Shown: one piece after another, positions 1 through 14,565 of the stretch
Position numbering within the stretch: the first letter of the stretch is position 1
How the letters are laid out: every line of letters starts with the position of its first letter
Origin: the human T2T-CHM13v2.0 reference genome, Homo sapiens
Assembly: GCF_009914755.1 (NCBI RefSeq)
Contig: NC_060926.1
Length of the DNA: 64,000 bases
Reading direction: 5' to 3' (one strand)
Made by a program: the position numbers and the translations under genes
Notes under the pieces: generated by a model
Seen by the model: only the letters and a program-made list of their open reading frames with translations
Databases searched by the model: none
What the model was told of the DNA's origin: nothing

Positions 1-962
1 CCCTTATGAAGCTTTCTATCTAGGAGGGCAGAGACATGAATCACCTGGTTACAATGTGGTGAGCATTATGAAGACGTATCAACTGCTGTTAACATCCAAC
101 CTTTTCTGAGGGTCAGGCAATGCTTCTTCCCTGATGAATGACTTTGGAGCTGCCGTCTGAAGAATGAGTCTGGGTTAACTCAGCGCCTGGGGCATCACAG
201 ATCTACTGAGGAATTAAGAAAGGATTCTGAAATTGTTCACAGTAGTAGTCTAGTTTCTTTAAATACACATATTCTAGATTATCTGGATGACCACCTTCTG
301 ACAAAATACTGCCACATGATTTCATTGCTCATGTTGTCATTTTGTTTATGATCACTTTAAAACAAGGTCTAAATGGGGACTGGAAGCCTATGGCAGTTAC
401 TGCCTAAGTAGGAGTTGGTCATTATTTAGAGTAGAGTGGTGGTAGTGGTGGTAGACAGAAGTAAATGGCTTCCAGAGGAATTCAGGAGATGGACAGGGCA
501 TGTAGCCACATTGGTTATGGAGGGGATGGGTAAAGGAGATAGAGGTAGAGAGAGTGATGCTGCAGTTTTGACTTAAGTAACTCAGTGAGGGCTGAAGCCA
601 TGAACTGTGGTAAGGAGATGGTGGTTAACAACGTGGACTCTGGATAAACCCTGTATGCGTTCAAATTCTAGTTCTACCATTCTGTCTATATGACTGAATG
701 AATTATCTACTCACTCTAACCTCTTACTGAGCTGCAAAATTGGGGGATAAAAGCAACAGTGTATCTCTGGAGCTATGATGATTAATAATAGCAGTGATAG
801 TGGTGTTATTTTGAATAGGGTTTATGGGAAATATGAGTTTGATTTTGGAGTTGCCTCATAAATATCCAAGAGGAGGCACCAAGCAGGCAGTTATATGTAT
901 GGATTTGGAGAATTTAAAAAAAAAAAAGAAAAAGACAAACTTAGCTAGAAAACCAGTTAGAG

Positions 963-1155
963 CAGGGGTGTCCAATCTTTTGGCTTCCCTGGGCCGCTTT
1001 GAAAGAAGAGTTGTCTTGGGCCACACAAAAAATACAATAACACTAACAATAGCTGATGAGCTTTAAAAAAAATCCCACAATGTTTTAAGAAAGTTTATGA
1101 ATTTGTGTTGGGCTGCATTCAAAGCAGCCCGTGGGCCACAGGTTGGACAAGCTCG
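963..1155 (+). mobile_element. MER30 (hAT-type DNA transposon)
   Basis: CAGGGGTGTCCAATCTTTTGG...GGTTGGACAAGCTCG; 8-bp TSD AGTTAGAG/AATTAGAG. Confidence 0.85.
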
Positions 1156-2686
1156 AATTAGAGAATCATGAGCATGACGTTGACTGTGTGATGAAGCATG
1201 CTGGTAATGAGACCAGAGCTCATATATATATAATAAGTAAGGAAAATGTTTATTTCAGAGCTACAGGGCCTAGCTCAGGCAGGCATGCTGTAAAGATGTG
1301 TTGCTATTCACATGAAAAGACCATAAATGTTACTGTCCACATGTGGAGAGCAGTAACAGTAGCATTCTGAGTATTGATTCCTTGGTGCAGGAGGCATGGA
1401 AATAACAGAAGTTCCAGGGTTATGCAGGTGGCATCTGAAAACATCAGTTTCAGTATAGTATTCATTTCAAAAAATGAGCATGTCGCTGGCAGCTCCATGG
1501 TCATTGAGGTCCCGCCCAACTTCAGTCAGAGTATTCAGGGGAAAAGATTTGAGCTTTGACGTGACTATTGTTTGTCTTACTCTGCAGAGAGAAAACAATC
1601 ACAGTGAATGATAAAAATACATTGTGTTAACATTTCATTGGTGTTGCAGTTTGCTTCAGTTCTGCATGTTATGTTGTTCACTTTAAATGGCTTCTAAAGT
1701 CACTTTGTATTAGTCTCAATGTGATGTTTCATCCCCTTTTTTGCCTTTCTAATAACTTTATTTTCAGGAGCCTGATGTTCTTATTCTTTTTTCTGTTGCA
1801 TGTCTAAAGTTTTTGCTAAAACTAAAGTCTTGGCAGTAAACAGGCCAAATACAATTATCATGGAACAGTTTACTCAAAAGTTATGCGTATGGGTATAAAT
1901 ATTGCAAGAGAAATGTGAGGAATAGCCCTGTTTGGTCTATGCTTGTCAATTGGTATGGCCACGAGGGACACTCTGGGCTGCTGAAGTGAGCTCTGCTGGC
2001 TGTCCTTTTGCTTGGAATGGGAATCCTCCATTATCAGCACCTATTATTTGATAAAGAGTACATAAGTGCCTTGGCAGATCCAAAGCAGGTCAAATGCATG
2101 CGATCATTGCACTTATGCTTTAAAGTGGGAGGCAGTAAGATTGTGGGCAAATATCTAAAATGAAATAGACACACAATAAAGGACAATAAAGAGGCCAGGC
2201 AGAGGGAACCACTAATACCAACACCCACAGGTGGGAATGGCCTTGGTCTAGCCCTAGAACAGAAAGATTGATGGACAGGAGGGGAGAATGTAAGCACTGA
2301 GACTGGGGAAGTACAAGAGGGAGCAGATTAGGGACTGTGTTGTGGGTCTTTGTATAAGGTGTTTGGGTTTTTATTCTAATTGCAGTGGGGGGTCATTAGA
2401 AGACTTAAGGCAGAAGAATTGATTCTAATGATTATGAGTGTCCCTGAAATTTTTCAGCATCGCTAAACAGTAGAACCAGTCCCTGCTCTCTTTTGATATT
2501 TATCTCCTCGGGATGGTTGCTTATTTGGAATTTCGATTGCCTTTCCACATGGACTGATTTTTCACTTGAATCGATATCTTAGTTAAGGAAGGTATAGTTT
2601 GCTCCAGAGCCTCACACTACTTGGGGCCGACCCTAACACTCCCAGTTAAAGAGTGATTAAGATGGAAGGATTATTGTCTATATTCA

Positions 2687-2820
2687 TATATATATATATA
2701 TGTATGTATGTGTGTGTGTATGTGTGTGTGTATATATATGTGTGTGTGTGTATGTGTGTGTGTATATATATATGTGTGTGTGTGTGTATATATATACACG
2801 TATGTATGTATACACACACA
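2687..2820. repeat. Compound (TA)n/(TG)n/(CA)n microsatellite
   Basis: Alternating purine-pyrimidine tract, directly visible. Confidence 0.95.
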
Positions 2821-2893
2821 CCTGATAGAAGAGGCAGCTTGAGGCAAAGCAACAATGAATTACTAGTTGGAGCTTTATATATAAGAGTTGTTT

Positions 2894-3106
2894 GGCTGGG
2901 CGCAGTGCTCACGCCTGTAATCCCACCACTTTGGGAGGCTGAAGCAGGCTGATCACTTGAGCCTAGGCATTCAAGACCAGCCTGAGCAACAGGGCGAAAC
3001 CCTGTCTCTACAAAAAATACGAAAAATTAGCCAGGTGTGTGACACATGCCTGTAGTCCCAGCTACTTGGGAAGCTGAGGCGAGACTCTGTCTCAAAAAAA
3101 TAAAAA
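2894..3106 (+). mobile_element. AluJ-like element with internal right-arm deletion
   Basis: Alu left arm, then right arm jumping from GCTGAGG to CGAGACTCTGTCTC; flanked by AAGAGTTG repeats. Confidence 0.85.
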
Positions 3107-3520
3107 AGAGTTGCTTTTTAAAAACTTGACATGAAAATATTTTATATAACCTTCTCTAGTGTTTTAAACATAATAAGCCTGATGCTACATCTTAGGAAAC
3201 TTGATGGTACTGACTGAATCTAAAGGGGAATATTTTTGTTAAGTAAAAGTCTGTAATCAACATTGCTCTCTCTTTAACAACATGGATGTTAAATGACCCA
3301 GGTCATTGTAACTGAATTATGAATCACAAACATTCACTCACTAGGTATCCAGCACAGGATCCAACTAAGTGTGTGCTTAGAACATACAGTGGGCCACAAA
3401 ATTTTTAAAATATTTTTATATTTGAATAGAAATTTACTTGATTCCCCACATTCTGTCCCACCCCACCCCCCACCACCACCAAAAAAAGATAATTTTTAGG
3501 AATTGTATTGTTACTGTTTT

Positions 3521-3845
3521 CTTTTTTCTTTTTTTTCTTTTTTTTTTTTTTTTTTGAGATGGAGTCTTGCTCTGTCACCCAGGCTGGAAGGCTGGAGTGC
3601 AGTGGCGGGATCTGGGCTCACTGCAAGCTCCACCTCCTGTGTTCTCGCCATTCTTCTGCCTCAGCCTCCTGAGTAGCTGGGACTACAGGCGCCCACCACC
3701 ACGCCCGGCTAATTTTTTGTATTTTTAGTAGAGACGGGGTTTCACCGTGTTAGCCAGGATGGTCTCTATCTCCTGACCTCATGATCCGCCCACCTCGGCC
3801 TCCCAAAGTGCTGGGATTTACAGGTGTGAGCCACCGTTCCCGGCC
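3521..3845 (-). mobile_element. AluY-like
   Basis: Full dimer with poly(T); TSD TGTTACTGTTTTCT. Confidence 0.9.
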
Positions 3846-4404
3846 TGTTACTGTTTTCTGGTTAGGAATCATTCTTTATATGAACTACATGTGGGTGGAG
3901 ATAAGTACACCTTTTTTTTTTCAGGCTATCAGCTGCTACGAACACACTGCCCCCATTTTGTTGGGCTTTACTTATTGTCTGAAGGAGTTTACAAACGCAT
4001 GCTTCAGACCCTCGCTTCAAAAGACAATGTCTGCAAAATCCTGGGAGGATAAGCGTAAGCTTTGAGCAGCTCTCAGTAAAGGAGGGTGAGGAAAGAGTGG
4101 TCCCTGAATTATCTGTGAGTTGGGACAGTTTGGCAACCTCAAAAGTTAAGGATTTTAAAGCTTGAGGCTCTGCTGTCCTCAATAAAGTGGATAGAGGAGG
4201 AGGACAAAATTTAAAACATTGAATTTTGCCTGATAAATATCATTCAGGCACACACAATCATAAATGACCCATAATCATCATGTCTCTACTGAGAGCAGGA
4301 ATGGATCAACAGAAAGTTATTCAGAATTGTTATTCAAAGTTAGAGATTTTTTAAAAATGAGTACTGATGGGAAATAGAGAACAAAAGGGGGAAAAGCTTA
4401 CAGA

Positions 4405-4581
4405 AGTGGTTCCCAAACTTGTTTACACATTGAAATCATCTGGGGATTGTTTAAAAATTCCAATGCCCAGGCTCCACCCCAGAATAATTAAATTTTAATC
4501 TCTGGAGATATGTGGCAAGCGGCATTGCTTTTGAAGCTCCCCAGGTGATTCAAGTGAGCAGGCAGGTTGGGAACCATCAGC
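4405..4581. mobile_element. MER5A-like hAT element
   Basis: AGTGGTTCCCAAACTT...GGTTGGGAACCATCAG inverted ends; typical internal sequence. Confidence 0.7.
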
Positions 4582-4726
4582 CTATTGAACAGGCTCTTTG
4601 AAGCATATGAGACACAGGTGGGAAGTGGAGAAACCAGATTTCTGAATTATTCAGATAAAGGGAAATGAGTTTTGCAATGGAAAGCACCATTACGAATAAA
4701 AGTTGATTTTTGAATCATCTCAGTAG

Positions 4727-5081
<355 letters not shown>

Positions 5082-6314
5082 AAATATTTTTAAAAATGTA
5101 GAACACAGCTTATATGCTTCACTCAAGACCTTCAACCCTAAAATTGGAAGGTCCAGGATAAGAGAACAAATGGAAACCCACAGACTGTATGTCTAAATGT
5201 TTGTGTTACAATTCAAACTTAACAACTATTAAATCAAGTATATTCAGACCTGGAGAAATATGCCTATATAATGATCCAGAAGTCTGGGTTCAGTGTAGAA
5301 TGTCCATCTCCCCCAGAGTCCTCCCCAGAATGTGGCGCTTCAGGGAGAGTGGGCGTCCCCAGCAGGCAGCCCCTCTCTTTCTCTTCCTACCTTCAACGTC
5401 ATCAAGCACTCTGAGGGGCTTATACTCACCTGTGGGGATGCCACATTCCCCTCTTAGATTAGCTGGCCTCTGGGTCACCTCCCAGGCCCATCAGTGTAAA
5501 AAATGAACTGGATATGGTGCATACCCGCATCTGGTCCTCAGAGAAGAGGCAAATGTAAACCCAGAAAGAGGGGTCAGGAATCCCCAGATTCAAGTTGCCA
5601 GAGCCTGGTAGGAGGGTTGAGTGGGCTCCCAGTGGCACATCCTCTTGACCTCACATGCCCCTCACCACATGGGAGCTATGTGCCCAGAGAAAGACCAGAG
5701 CTGCCCCCTCTTGCCTGGGCCCATGGAGGCCCCACCCAGCACCTTGTAGAAACACAAAGAAGTAGGTTTTAGCAACCTGACTTATAGCCAGAGACTGGAG
5801 CAGGAATGAGGTTTAGAATTACGGAATCTAAACAATTTGGGTTCTTTATGAAAGGGGTTTTCTTTTAGAATTTTATTGCTACTTATCATCAACTGCTTAT
5901 TTGATAAGTTTATTATTTTACTTTATTGCCCTTGATCATGCAAGAAGATGTGCAGTCTCCACTAACAGACCTTCAGAAAAGCACACATCCCACCCCTCTG
6001 CCATCACGTTCCGAGTGTGGTCTCCATCTAAGGAAGATTTGGGTGGAGGGACATGATGAGACTCTACTGATGTCTGGTGTTTTTCTGCTTGACTTTGTTT
6101 CTGTGGTACTATCTGAGTGACACACTAAGGATACTTACACATAGGAATGTTAACACCAAAACTAACAACAGGCTTAAATTCTGAGTTTTATCCCCTTGGT
6201 ACACCTTGTGCAATCCTAAAGATGTTCAGCCCTGGCACTGAAGCAGCTTCCCCTCTTCTGCACCTGAGAGTTGAACACAAGTAGCTATTTCCAAACTGAT
6301 TTAAAAGGGTAAAG

Positions 6315-6317
<3 letters not shown>

Positions 6318-6366
<49 letters not shown>
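6318..6366. repeat. (TA)n microsatellite
   Basis: ~24 perfect TA units. Confidence 0.97.
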
Positions 6367-6370
<4 letters not shown>

Positions 6371-6627
6371 CATCTTTGAAAAAATGATTATATGCATTTA
6401 TATAGATTTAAAGTATGTTATTTTCTCTAATTATAAGAATACATACTCATTAGAGAACATTTGGAAAATGTAGAAAACATTTTAAATCCCTGGAATCAGA
6501 AGTACCTAGTGTTAATTACCATTTTGGCATATGTTCATTTAATCGCACTTTAAATCATGTTTTATACATATGTGTGTAAAATGTCTAAAGGAAAATTGGA
6601 GATTATACTGTACGTAATTTTTAATCT

Positions 6628-6833
6628 AGCCTAGGCAACATAGCAAGACCTCGTCTCTATTAAAAATAAAAATTAAAAAAATTAACCGAGCATGATGGTG
6701 CATGCCTATGGTCCCAGCTACTCAGGAGGCTGAGGTTGGAAGATCGCTTGAGCCCAGGAGGTGGAGGATTCAGTGAGCCATGATTGCACCACTGCACTCC
6801 ATCCTGGGCAATGGAGTGAGACCCTGTCTCAAC
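6628..6833 (+). mobile_element. 5'-truncated AluJ
   Basis: End of left arm, linker and complete right arm. Confidence 0.8.
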
Positions 6834-9200
6834 AAATTTTTTTTTTTTTTAATCTTTTGTCACTTTTCATTAAGTTGTGAGAATGTTCTCATGTCACTAG
6901 ATAAAAGACATGATTTTAATGTATGAATAATGTTCTACCACTATAGATATGGATTTTTAATCATTTTTTAAAACCATTAGAAATAGTATTGAGAAAGCAT
7001 TCTTGAACTTAAATCTTTGTTGGTAACCTTTATTTCTTAAAAGATAGATAACCGTAAAAGTGACTTTGAAGGTAGAGAGTTATTTTAAGATATTCTGGAT
7101 ATATATAGCCAAATTATTTTCTATGAAGATTTCAGCTACTTGTACCCTGACAAACTATGTATTTGAGTGGTTTCATTTTATTTTTTGATAACACAGTGTT
7201 TTCTCTTTTTTATGTATATTTGATCATATAGTTTAAATATTATCTCTTTTAATTATTAGTTTCAACATTTTCAAACCCACAGAAAATTTGAAAAAATACA
7301 GTAAATATGCATATACCCCCAGTTGCACTCACCGTTAGCCCTTATGATACCAATAGCACTTCCTACACACGCTCACACATAAACACACACACACACACAC
7401 ACGCATTTGCCAAATTATCTGAAATTAGGCTGCAGATATCATGACAGTTCAGCCCAAAGACTTCAACATGCATGTATCCTGTTTTACTTTGTATTTATTG
7501 GATTATTAATATGGGAGAACATTTTGTTCATGTTTTCATAAGCCAGTTGTATTTCTTCTGATTCTTTGCCCACTTTTCTCTTTGAATATGTTGTGATTTT
7601 CTCATCAAAATCTGTGATATCTGTGAGTGAAAGCTGCATCAGATGCTACCCAGATGCCACCTAACCTTCTGACAAGGAGCTAGGCCCTGTACACTCAGAT
7701 GGCCAATGGTGTGTAGGATAAATTTCCTCTCCAATTTAAGGTATGGCCTTGGCTATTGCTCTTTCTGCAGTGAGAGTAGAAGTCTTACCTTCAGCTTGTT
7801 GACTGTAACCATTTTATTTATGATCAGGGACTATGGAATTAAGTAATTAACATTGAATGGATAAGCACAGTTAAACTCAGTATAACTGGTGGAAACACAA
7901 GAGAGTGCCTTGTCCTGTTAGTTAAATATTTTTTTAAAATTTATTTTTAGATGAAACCCCCTGAGATTCTGTATACTGTCTTTTGAGTATTGGAAAAATA
8001 ATTTTTACTAAATAAAACCACCATCTCTAAAGCCACAACTTGGAAGTGTTTGCAGTGATTTCTGCAAAAGAACTCATTGTGGTCCTACTCCTGAACCTGC
8101 ACGCCCCCACCGAATGGCTGGCCTGGGGACTGCTTCAGTCAAATTGTGTTTGTATTTCTTTCTTCCTCAGTAAAGCGTTGTGTGTGCCTGTCCAAGGCTT
8201 GCCAGCAAATTGGTCACATCAGGCAGATTTCCAGCCTGGCAGTTACAGGTGGAAAAGGCTTTCAGATCTCAGGCTCTGAGTTTTGCACAGGGACTTCCCT
8301 CTCCCAAGGTCTACGGCACATCTATTTGTCTTTTTATTAGTATAACATTTAATCCCAGAAATGGCGTGGTTGGGGGTGGGGGGGGGGCAGGTATTAAATG
8401 CCATGCTGAGTTTGTGCAAGGCCTGCTCTTGGTTCACAGTATAGGCACCTGCAGTGCCCCAGGGAAGCAGATCTCTTGTGTCCTTTCTGTCTGCCCTTTT
8501 CCCACCCCCTGATTCCTGCCTCCCCCATCCCTTCCTCCCCCTCTGTCTTACCATTTCCTCCTTTCCCCAAAAGACAAGGTTTGAGGTATTGTACCCATCA
8601 TTTCCAGAAGCACTCTCTCTCCTATATCTTCCAAAATTATGACATAAGAAAGTAACAGAAGAGTGCAGAACCCAGGCAGATTTCACAGTCCCTAGGCAGC
8701 TATTAAGCTCTAAATATCAGGCATCTTGACAAAGACAGCTCCAAACTTGCCAACAAACCCACATTCCAGGGGCAAAGGATATCAAATATCATACTATTTG
8801 TTTAAGTTGACCCCTCTTCGCTATCTGAATCCCCACACTCATAACCATGGATGAATCTGAGTGCTGCTTCTTTTGTTCAGACGGAATTTAAAAATCAGTT
8901 TTAGAGTGAGAAATGCGCAAGCCCATCCCATATAGGCAGGTCCTTTTCCCCAACAGGTATGCCCTCCTTTTCCCTGGCCTCCTGTCTTCTCAGCACTTCC
9001 AGAGAGCCACATGCTCACTGAGAGCTGTCTCCACCCCTTATTCAACGCACCTAAAACTTGACAGTCTGAGCAGATGGGGGAAGTAGAGTGATTCCAGCAA
9101 CTGTCTCCTTTTCTGGAGCAGGAAGCTGGGACTGTGGCTAAGTGAGGCTGCCCTTCTGCAGCTCTGAGACTTAGGAGAGTTGGCTTTCTGGAAACTCACC

Positions 9201-9650
9201 TGATGCAGGGCAGGTGAGCCCCAAAGTGAGGCTTAGTCCACAAGGCTTCTTGGCTTTGCCCAGGAAAAAAATTCAAGGGCAAGCCGGAGGTAGAAGAAAA
9301 CAGCTTTATTGAAGAGGCAGTGCTACAGCTCTGTGTGTGCTCCTGCAGAGCAGGGTTACCCACTAGGCAGAGAGTAGCAGCTCAGGGCAGTTTTGCAGTC
9401 ATATTTATACCCACTTTTAATTACATTCACATTAAGGGGCAGTTTATGCAGAAATTTCTAGGGAAAGCGTAGTAACTTGGGTCTTCAGGTCATGGAGAGG
9501 GGCAATTAACTTCCAGGTGTTGGCTTGGCAATGGCAATGGCGAACTGACGTGGCACACTGGTGCGTGTCCTATGGAAAGCTGCTTCTGCCCTTGCCCTAT
9601 TTTAGCTAGTTCTCAATTTGGTCTGGTATCTGAGCCCCACCTTCTACCTT
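9201..9650 (-). mobile_element. MER66-type solo LTR (ERV1)
   Basis: Reverse complement ends ...GGGGCTCACCTGCCCTGCATCA and carries TATAAATATG and AATAAAGCTG; matches MER66B as recalled. Confidence 0.75.
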
Positions 9651-9879
9651 GCATCCAGCCCTGTAAAAATCTGTTGCACTCTTTGTCCCAGTTAAGACCT
9701 TTATTGGCTTTTGTTAATGCTTGGCTGTATGTTATCATTCTCATGTGGCTTCCTCAAATTTTAATTTAAGCTAATATTTATATGATTACATACATGTTAT
9801 TATAGTTAAATACTCATTATAGAAATTTTGTAGAAAAATTAAAACCACAAAGAAGAAAAAATTTCAATCCTATAGTTCT

Positions 9880-10330
9880 GAGATAACCACTGTTGATTGT
9901 TTGATATCTTTGTTTCTAACATTTTATGTGTTTAAAATTACATCTTTTTTCTTTACCAAAGTAAGATCATCCTGCACATACTGCTTTTATAACTGCTTTT
10001 CTAATTTAACATTGTACTCTCAGCATTTTTCCATTTCATTAAATGTTCTTCTATAATATAATTTCATTGGCTACAGAGTATCTACCATATGAAAAAGTCA
10101 TTATTTGATGCCCTATTTTAGGGCATTAATTAGGATGTTTCCAGTGGCTTGCTATTATAAATAATATTGAAATAAACATCTTCATGGACAAATTTCCTCA
10201 CGGATTCCTGATTACTTCCATAGGACAAATGTTTGCAAAGAGGATCACGGTTCATTAGATGTGCACATTTTGACACGTATTGTAACATTATCAGCCAAAT
10301 AGAGTGTGCCAATTTATATTCCAACCCCAG
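9880..10330 (-). mobile_element. Ancient L1M(E) 3' fragment
   Basis: Degenerate L1 3'-end motifs (GGATGTTTCCAG...GCTATTATAAATAAT...AAACATCTT). Confidence 0.55.
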
Positions 10331-11625
10331 TTCCTCAAATAGATAGTAAGTTCTTTGAGGTTCACTATTATGTATCCTCCATAGTTCCTGGAAGTGTTGG
10401 GCATACAATACAAACTTAATAAAAATAAAGTTAATTCCACTTAACTTTCTTGATTACCAAATATTTAACCTGTCTCCCCCTTGCTACCTTCACTTGCTTC
10501 CATGCTATAGATGCAAAACATAGCTGTGGTCACTGAGCTAAATATTGATGATAGCAGTGAGTTTGATCAAAAGCCATGTTACCTCAAAACTTATCCTAAA
10601 CACAAGTAAGAGGTTATAGCAGGAAGTGTCAGGTTAAAAGAATCTGCAGGCTAGAATATGGCTGGAAACTTATTTACTGCAATACTAACAACCAGTTGTG
10701 CCAATGAGTTGATCACCTTTTCTAAAGAGAAAAGAGACTGAGGATGTGGTTTGGGGTGTGGGCTGTATCAGGTACTTTTTTATGACCCAGATATGATACC
10801 AGAAGACAGAGCACTACTGGATGAGGGGGAGGTGGGTGCAAACTCTGCTATGGGAGCCCATGCCACTTCAGTAAATAAATTAAGCTTTGTTCTCTCTTGA
10901 GGAATCTCATTCTTCCTGTTTATCCTTCTCTCTCACTGCTCCACACTTCTCTGGAGTACTTGTTTCCATGGACTATAATAATCACTGAGCAGTATTTTTT
11001 TTTTAAAGAGCAGCTGTGTTTCTCAAGCCTTGCTCTTGATCTTTATGTCCTCTTGCCAAGATAACTGCAGTGGCCTCTATGCAGTGTCTTCACACCTCCA
11101 ATCTCCTCTGATGGAAACCATCCCACAGTTTCCATAACATTCTTCCTAAATCAAGGCCTTAATCTAGTTCCCCCACCCCCATTCCCAAATTTTCCAGGAT
11201 TTCCTTTGTTTTCCACTGTAAGTTCAAACTTTTCTTCCCAGCAAGAAAGACCTTCCACAAAATTATGCCAACACTTCTCCTTTAACTACTGCCTTGCAGG
11301 TACCCAGTCCAGCTATGCATGATCCCTTGTGTATACCCTTTGCTTTCCGGCCTGTACATGCCTTTGCTCAAAATGCTCCCTTTGCTTGGAACACCTATTA
11401 TATTTAATAATTCTACCTTAGTAATCAGTGTATTTGTCTGAGTCTCCTACAGTTATTTGTAAACTCTTTGAGTGTAGGTACCTAGTCTTATCTATCTTAA
11501 AATCTCTCTCAGGGATACAATTGCATTGGTTAGGGAGGGAGTACCCAGATATCTTCATTTTAGATGTCATTTTTGTGTTTAATATTCTGGTCACAGGGAG
11601 AAAATATCTTAAGCATGTGGATTAT

Positions 11626-11747
11626 GCCAGATGTGGTGGTGGCACAGCTGTAATTCCAGCTACTTGGGAGGCTAAGGCAGTAGGATCATTCGAGCCCAGG
11701 AGTCTGAGGCCCACCTTGGCAACAGACCCCATCTTTTAAAAAAATAA

Positions 11748-11815
<68 letters not shown>
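11626..11815 (+). mobile_element. Alu monomer (FLAM-like) with (TG)n(AG)n tail
   Basis: Single Alu arm followed by ~24 TG and ~9 AG units. Confidence 0.8.
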
Positions 11816-14245
11816 GCTAAGTTTGACACTGGAATGTGTCCAGCGTCACCAAGTTATATATAAAGTCCATGCCTCAAGCCTTGCATGCAAATTGAAAATT
11901 AAAGAGAGCAACATGGCAAAATGTGCTGCTGATAGCTTTCAGCTTTGCTGGATTGAACAGGAATATAAGGTAAGGCTGCAGACTCTCCTGTCTACTGCCA
12001 GGTCACACCCAGCCAGTCCTTGTGTATTCATATTCCTGGTTGCCTGGTTCCCTGTGGAAGCTGGTGATGGGGTGCGAACAAGGAGCGTGGCACGTAGCTG
12101 GCAGCTACAGTATACCTAAACTGAGGGCTTGCTAAGCGATCTCCGTAGCCATTACTATCCGACTTAAATGTCCTGCTGCTGAAAGCTGAGGTTCTGCACA
12201 CCGTTCAGTGTGCTCAGGAGGCAGTGGTTTGATCTCATAAATATAGCATTTGTTCAAGGCCTTGTATCCTTCATAGATTCCTTCCCAAAGATGGGATCTT
12301 GTATGTTTTTTTCTTGTTTTCTGCTTTCTTACTTTTTCCCATACATCTAGGTGTAAAAACAAAACAAAACCTTTCCTTTGGTTTTGCTCGTTGTTAGGTT
12401 AAAAATCAGAGAAACAATGAAGACTCACCAGAGAAGAATGCATCTATACAAATGGGGTATTTTATCCATGGAGAAAACAATCAGAACAAGTGAAATTTTA
12501 AGTAAATCTGAAAACATAAAAATTCATAAGGTCGTTTATGTTAGAGTTTAAGAAACCTTTAGTAAACATCTTGTCTTAGGCTTTTATTTTGTGGATGAGG
12601 AAACAGGCTTGGAGAAATAAGATAACTCGCATCACAGAGCTAGGGAATGCAAGAACTGAGCCCAGCACCAGGTGTTTTGACTTCTAGTTCAAATGTAATA
12701 CTCAATACTGTCAGTTCTCTGAGTAAGCTCACTTTCCACCCATATTCCCAGGCACAGCCATCGTATTCTATAGCAATGATTCTAGTAGTTAACATTATTT
12801 CAATTGTTGATTAAACAGAATGATATGTTTATGTTTGTCTTGATCAGTTATTATTCAGTGCATATAGTTTCATGTGTGTTATTTTTCTTTCATGCTTGTG
12901 AAGCCTGCAAGAGCAAAATTTTATCTAAATCTGCATTCACTTTCCTAAGGCTTTTTGTTGTTGTTTATTTGGGTTCTTTTCCCCCTTGATTTTGAGCATC
13001 TTACAATTCAGTTTCCACAACTCTGACTTAACTTGTGGGGCACACAGGGCGCAACTCTTTGTTAAAAGCATACTTACTGCATCTCTCTCTTGCCAACCTA
13101 AAGATAATATGATGCAGAATCTCTCTCAAGACTGCAGGCCTAGGATACATTTTTCTCTTTTTAGCAGCACTTCCAAAATTTTCAGGGATATTTTTCTAGG
13201 ATAAAAGTGAAGACTTAATCTTGTCAATATTTAAATAAAAACAGACCTTTATTTTAAAGTATTGTAACACTTCCAGTAGAATCTATACATGTTTAGAATT
13301 CCATGCCAAATCACATCCTCACACACACAGCTAGCTAGAGGAGAAATTTCTTACACTCTAGGTAAGAGTAAAACACTATCTCTTATCCCCTTCTTTCCTG
13401 CCGCCCACGCCATGCCCAACTGCTCCCATCCTCCCTCTCCACCTGTGTGCAAATGGAAGGAGTTGGTGTGGCTTGATGCGGGGGCGGGGTATGGAATTTG
13501 GGGGACAGTGTCAGGACAGGGACCCCTAGAGCAGACAGCATGAGGGAAGTCAGGGCGGTGAGAAGCCAGGCATCAAATACCACTCCCCGTGTTAAGTATC
13601 AGAGTCCAGAGAGCCAGGAGGCACTATGGGTCCGTGTCTCAGAGATAAGACATGAGAGATGAGAACAAGGAAGTTGGAAGGAAGGAGGGTCTGTTTCTTG
13701 GGAACAGCAGCATACTCCTTAGCATAGGACCCACCAGCCAGTTGGTGTGTTCAAGGTGCGTGGGCCTGGATTTCTTTGAGGGTCAAAGGACATAATGCAA
13801 GTGAGTATATATACTTTACATAACTAAATAATACATAATATTCAGTTTTCAGAAATTTTTTCAGATCACAGATGAACCTATTAGTTAATACATTGCTTTA
13901 GGAAAACTGTTGCTTCCTGGATGTGGTAGAGAAGTCTCACAACCAGGCCTGCAGTGCAGATGAGGTAAGGCCTACCTGAAGCTCTGATACCCAGAGTACA
14001 CACACAATGCCTAAGGTGATGTTGACTCCCTTCAAGCTAAATAAGATGGGTGGAATTTGATCCCTGAAGAGTTAAATACTGGGATTCTACCAGAGCCAAG
14101 ACCCTACCAGAACCTTCTCAAGAGATTTTTAGGCAGCAGAGGGAAGCATTCTTCCTGTCTTGCCAGCCTGAACATGATCGCTTCTAAACCTCCCTTTTAG
14201 CTCTTATTTGCTAAAAATTGTTTGAAGACTATACATTCTCTGTTT

Positions 14246-14565
<320 letters not shown>

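Noticed and set aside
2646-2952. His/Thr/Tyr- and Cys/Val-rich ORFs
   Set aside because: Translations of a dinucleotide microsatellite.
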